DNA of 11,616 nt. Origin: Fidelibacterota bacterium. GTDB taxonomy: Bacteria > Fidelibacterota > Marinisomatia > Marinisomatales > TCS55. Positions within the stretch are counted from its first letter, which is position 1; each line of letters opens with the position of its first letter. Location: positions 1-11,616 of the forward strand of contig JAPNQO010000059.1 of assembly GCA_027251445.1 (NCBI GenBank), read 5' to 3'. Below are positions 8,722 to 11,616 of this stretch, one piece after another. Both the position numbers and the translations under genes were made by a program. The notes beneath the pieces are model-generated. The model was not told the origin of the DNA, did no database searches, and was given only the letters and a program-made list of their open reading frames with translations.

Positions 8722-8725
8722 AAGC

Positions 8726-9673
8726 ATGAAAAATATATTTTTGTTAGTATTAATTCTCTCATTATTCTTTGGTTGTGATATGAATGATGGTGTTCGAATG
8801 ATAGAGATTAATGGTGGGCATAAAGTCTGGACAAAAAAGATTGGTGATAATCCAGATATTAAACTGTTATTATTGCATGGTGGTCCAGGTGCTACGCATG
8901 AATATTTTAAAATTCTTGATCAATATTTTCCTCAAGAAAACATAGAGTATTATTACTATGATCAATTTGGATCTTTTAATAGTGATCCATCCAATAATCC
9001 CAGTGATTGGACGATTGATCGATTTGTAGAAGAAGTAGAAACGGTACGAAAAGAATTGGGGTTAACTCCTTCAAACTTTTATTTACTTGGTCATTCTTGG
9101 GGTGGGCTATTAGCAATGGAATATGCTTTAAAATACCAAAAAAATATCAAAGGATTGATTATATCCAATATGATGGCAAGTATACCGGATTATAATAATT
9201 TTGCCAGTAATGTCCTTGGTCCGCAAATGCCACCAGATGTACTAGCAGAAATTAGAGAATTTGAAGAAAGCAAAGACTATGGAAACCCACGCTATATGGA
9301 ATTATTAATACCACACCATTATGAAGAGCACGTACTGCGTATTCCTGCAGATAAATGGCCAGAAGAAGTAAACAATGCATTTGCCAATATTAATCAAGAA
9401 ATGTACGTAGCCATGCAGGGTCCTAGCGAATTTGGCGCATCAGGATTGCTGGAATTTTGGGATGTGAAAGATCGATTATCGGAAATTAAAACACCTACAT
9501 TGGTTATTGGAGCTACTCATGATACTATGGACCCAGATCATATGGAATGGATGTCAAATGAATTTCCGAATGGTTCGTATTTGTTATGCGAACAAGGGAG
9601 TCATATGGCCATGTGGGATGATCCGGATGTATATGCGCAGGGTGTAATTGACTTTATGAAGAAAGGTAAATAA
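8726..9673 (+). CDS. pip: Proline iminopeptidase-family alpha/beta hydrolase (peptidase S33), predicted lipoprotein
   Basis: HGGPG oxyanion motif, YYDQFGS, nucleophile elbow GHSWGG, GPSEF, catalytic Asp in GATHDTM and His in GSHMAMWD. The N-terminus MKNIFLLVLILSLFFG/C is a lipobox (Cys17). Confidence 0.9.
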   Translation: MKNIFLLVLILSLFFGCDMNDGVRMIEINGGHKVWTKKIGDNPDIKLLLLHGGPGATHEYFKILDQYFPQENIEYYYYDQFGSFNSDPSNNPSDWTIDRFVEEVETVRKELGLTPSNFYLLGHSWGGLLAMEYALKYQKNIKGLIISNMMASIPDYNNFASNVLGPQMPPDVLAEIREFEESKDYGNPRYMELLIPHHYEEHVLRIPADKWPEEVNNAFANINQEMYVAMQGPSEFGASGLLEFWDVKDRLSEIKTPTLVIGATHDTMDPDHMEWMSNEFPNGSYLLCEQGSHMAMWDDPDVYAQGVIDFMKKGK

Positions 9674-9754
9674 TTAAAGAGATAACATTTATAGAAGATT
9701 AAGTGTTAATTTTCAGATAGTTATTTATTAAACCACAAACTAAAGGATAAAGCC

Positions 9755-11407
9755 ATGATAAAAGCCCTAGTAGTATTATTCAGTTTATCTATTTCATTTG
9801 CATCGGATTTTTCTGTCGATGAATGGAAACAACTTTTTGAGCAATTTCAAAAGAATTATCGCACATTTTCTATTGATGACATAAAGAAGATTCATTCTAC
9901 AATTCAGGCTGGAGATTACGAGGCTTCAGCAAGAGATATGGAAGAATTCTTAGGCGAATGGTATCGTGAAGATGAAACCGTGGAATTTTATATCACGGTA
10001 GATTCAGACCAGTCTGTTCCGAATATGATTGCATTATCAGCAATGATAGAAGCAGAAGGTGCTATTACTGCTACAGGATCAGATTTTGAGGAACAATTAA
10101 CGTATATTTTAGATCCCTCAACTATGGACCAAGGTAATGACGGTTATAATTGGGCCTGTGATGTAGATGGGGAGACCCAATGGTACGAATCCGAAGATGA
10201 ATGCAATATGTATTGTGAAAATGATTGTTACTATGATGATGAAGCTGATGAAGCCGATGATGCAACTGAAGGCATGATTATGAATATGAGCTTTTTCGAA
10301 TTTTTTATGCTCTTATTTGGTATGGCGCCTGAAAATGTGGATGTTCCTGTTGTTGTAGCATTTCAACTGGATCTGGACCTTGTTGTCCAGGGTGTGGAAA
10401 GTATGGTATTTACTGATAACGGAGAAGTCCTTGAATTAAAAGCAGATTCAGTAGATTTAGCTACTGGAGCAGTATTTAGTGATGATGAAAATACAATAAC
10501 ATTTAACAGTCTTGAGCTTAAAGATTCTCTTCGAGTTACTCAATTAACCGTTAATGGAGAAATTGGCCCAGGAACGGTGGATTTTGAAGCCGGTGTACCT
10601 ACTTTATTACCAACTTTCGATCCTGAAATGTTTGAAGGAGAAGAGATGGAAGATGCGTATATGGTATTTAACGACGACTATACTGGTATGGAAATCTATA
10701 TTGAGGAAGATGACTATTCTGGTGAATTGTATAGTGATACATCTGAATATGCATGGTGGCTGGATGACGATATGGTAATGATCAGTTATCTTGATGAGGG
10801 GGAGTGGTTATGTGAAGTTTCAGAAGGTGAACAAACCTATTGGAACGATGAAGATGAATGCAATGAAAACTGCAATACAGTTTGTTTTTATGAGGATAAT
10901 ACAGATACGCTATCCTTAGGCTATGAATTTGATGAAGACACTTTACATCTTGGCGGAGATGTTTATATGTGTGCTGAATATGATTATATAGAACATTGTA
11001 TTGAGGACGAAGAGCTTCCTGTACCGCCAGACCTTCGCGATATTAGTGATCTCTATGTTTCGTATCTTAGAGTTATGGTTTCAACTGGTAGTAATGTTTC
11101 CACTGTAAATGAAAATATATTGATGCCGAATCAATTTAGAGTGTATGATGCATATCCCAACCCATTTAATCCAGTCACTACCTTACGTTATCAATTACCA
11201 GAAGCAAATATGGTAACAGTGACGATTTATGATATGGCTGGACGGGAAGTAAAGAACTTGATTGATCAGCAGCAAGGCCAGGGATTGCACAATATCCAAT
11301 GGAATGGAACGAATAACCTAGGTAAAGCAGTGAGCGCTGGGATTTACTTATACCAGGTGCAATCTGGTATGTATAATCAAACAAACAAAATGATACTGCT
11401 AAAATAA
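9755..11407 (+). CDS. Secreted, highly acidic protein of unknown function with two 4-Cys repeats and a C-terminal FlgD-Ig/T9SS type A-like sorting domain
   Basis: AAGGA at 9743-9747. Signal peptide MIKALVVLFSLSISFA/S. The body is visibly Asp/Glu-rich with few Lys/Arg. YPNPFNP at 11153, WNGTN..VSAGIYLY, terminal KMILLK. No catalytic motif recognised. Confidence 0.85.
   Translation: MIKALVVLFSLSISFASDFSVDEWKQLFEQFQKNYRTFSIDDIKKIHSTIQAGDYEASARDMEEFLGEWYREDETVEFYITVDSDQSVPNMIALSAMIEAEGAITATGSDFEEQLTYILDPSTMDQGNDGYNWACDVDGETQWYESEDECNMYCENDCYYDDEADEADDATEGMIMNMSFFEFFMLLFGMAPENVDVPVVVAFQLDLDLVVQGVESMVFTDNGEVLELKADSVDLATGAVFSDDENTITFNSLELKDSLRVTQLTVNGEIGPGTVDFEAGVPTLLPTFDPEMFEGEEMEDAYMVFNDDYTGMEIYIEEDDYSGELYSDTSEYAWWLDDDMVMISYLDEGEWLCEVSEGEQTYWNDEDECNENCNTVCFYEDNTDTLSLGYEFDEDTLHLGGDVYMCAEYDYIEHCIEDEELPVPPDLRDISDLYVSYLRVMVSTGSNVSTVNENILMPNQFRVYDAYPNPFNPVTTLRYQLPEANMVTVTIYDMAGREVKNLIDQQQGQGLHNIQWNGTNNLGKAVSAGIYLYQVQSGMYNQTNKMILLK
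10151..10234 (+). repeat. Cys-rich module copy 1 (WACDVDGETQWYESEDECNMYCENDCYY)
   Basis: Matches copy 2 at protein level and shares the exact 15-mer GAAGATGAATGCAAT (10193-10207). Confidence 0.85.
10805..10891 (+). repeat. Cys-rich module copy 2 (WLCEVSEGEQTYWNDEDECNENCNTVCFY)
   Basis: Same W-x-C-x14/15-C-x3-C-x3-C-aromatic-Y pattern. GAAGATGAATGCAAT at 10850-10864. Confidence 0.85.
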
Positions 11408-11449
11408 GAGAATTTATTGCTGCGAAAGTAATATGGAGCATTTTCCTGC

Positions 11450-11616
11450 TTGCAGACAAGTATAATAACTAGATTATTCATCGTAGTATTTTCTCTTAAC
11501 ACGTTGATGTCCCAGCGTGTTGTAGGATATTATCCTGATTGGATGAGGAATGACTTTCCTCCAGTATATCTTGATTTAGATGTGTTAACTCATGTAAACC
11601 ATGCATTTGCATGGCC
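11450..11616 (+). CDS. 5' end of a secreted GH18 (chitinase-family) protein, truncated by the window edge
   Basis: Hand translation: MQTSIITRLFIVVFSLNTLMS/QRVVGYYPDWMRNDFPPVYLDLDVLTHVNHAFAW. VVGYYxxW and LTHxNxAF match the first two barrel strands of GH18. An in-frame stop lies at 11429-11431; TTG 11450, preceded by GGAG (11435-11438), retains a signal-peptide-like leader. The catalytic DxxDxDxE motif is outside the window. Confidence 0.8.
   Translation, partial: MQTSIITRLFIVVFSLNTLMSQRVVGYYPDWMRNDFPPVYLDLDVLTHVNHAFAW

Noticed and set aside
10554..10778. 74-aa alternate-frame ORF
   Set aside because: Its Met/Lys/Trp richness is the expected frame-shifted reading of Asp/Glu codons in the host gene.
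11178..11459. 93-aa minus-strand ORF
   Set aside because: Antisense to the conserved sorting domain and overlaps the GH18 start.
11433..11465. ATG-started 10-aa ORF MEHFPACRQV as GH18 start, leader peptide or frameshift
   Set aside because: It is in a different frame and stops at once. TTG 11450 explains the GH18 gene without a frameshift.
1..11616. CRISPR array, tRNA/rRNA, IS element, prophage or defence system
   Set aside because: No regularly spaced repeats, structured RNA genes, or transposase, integrase or nuclease motifs seen by eye. Intergenic gaps are short and AT-rich. A covariance-model scan was not run.

Overview
AT-rich bacterial window with nine co-oriented + strand genes, read by eye with no database searches. 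In order: a secreted GH13 alpha-glucan hydrolase, a CotH-type kinase with a lamin-tail domain, a class I SAM methyltransferase, a 43-aa hydrophobic peptide missing from the ORF track, a dockerin plus beta-lactamase-fold serine hydrolase, a DUF3524/GT4 glycosyltransferase resembling animal GTDC1/QTMAN, a lipoprotein proline iminopeptidase, a very acidic 550-aa unknown protein with a duplicated 4-Cys module, and the 5' end of a GH18 gene also missing from the track. A divergent gene may start at 41 on the - strand. Three proteins end in a YPNPFNP T9SS type A/FlgD-Ig-like sorting domain. Together with the dockerin and low GC, this suggests an FCB-group bacterium, possibly Marinimicrobia-like (inference). 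I saw no rRNA, tRNA, CRISPR array or mobile element. No single new system is demonstrated. The best leads are the QTMAN-like glycosyltransferase, the Cys-repeat protein, and the small peptide coupled to the dockerin hydrolase.
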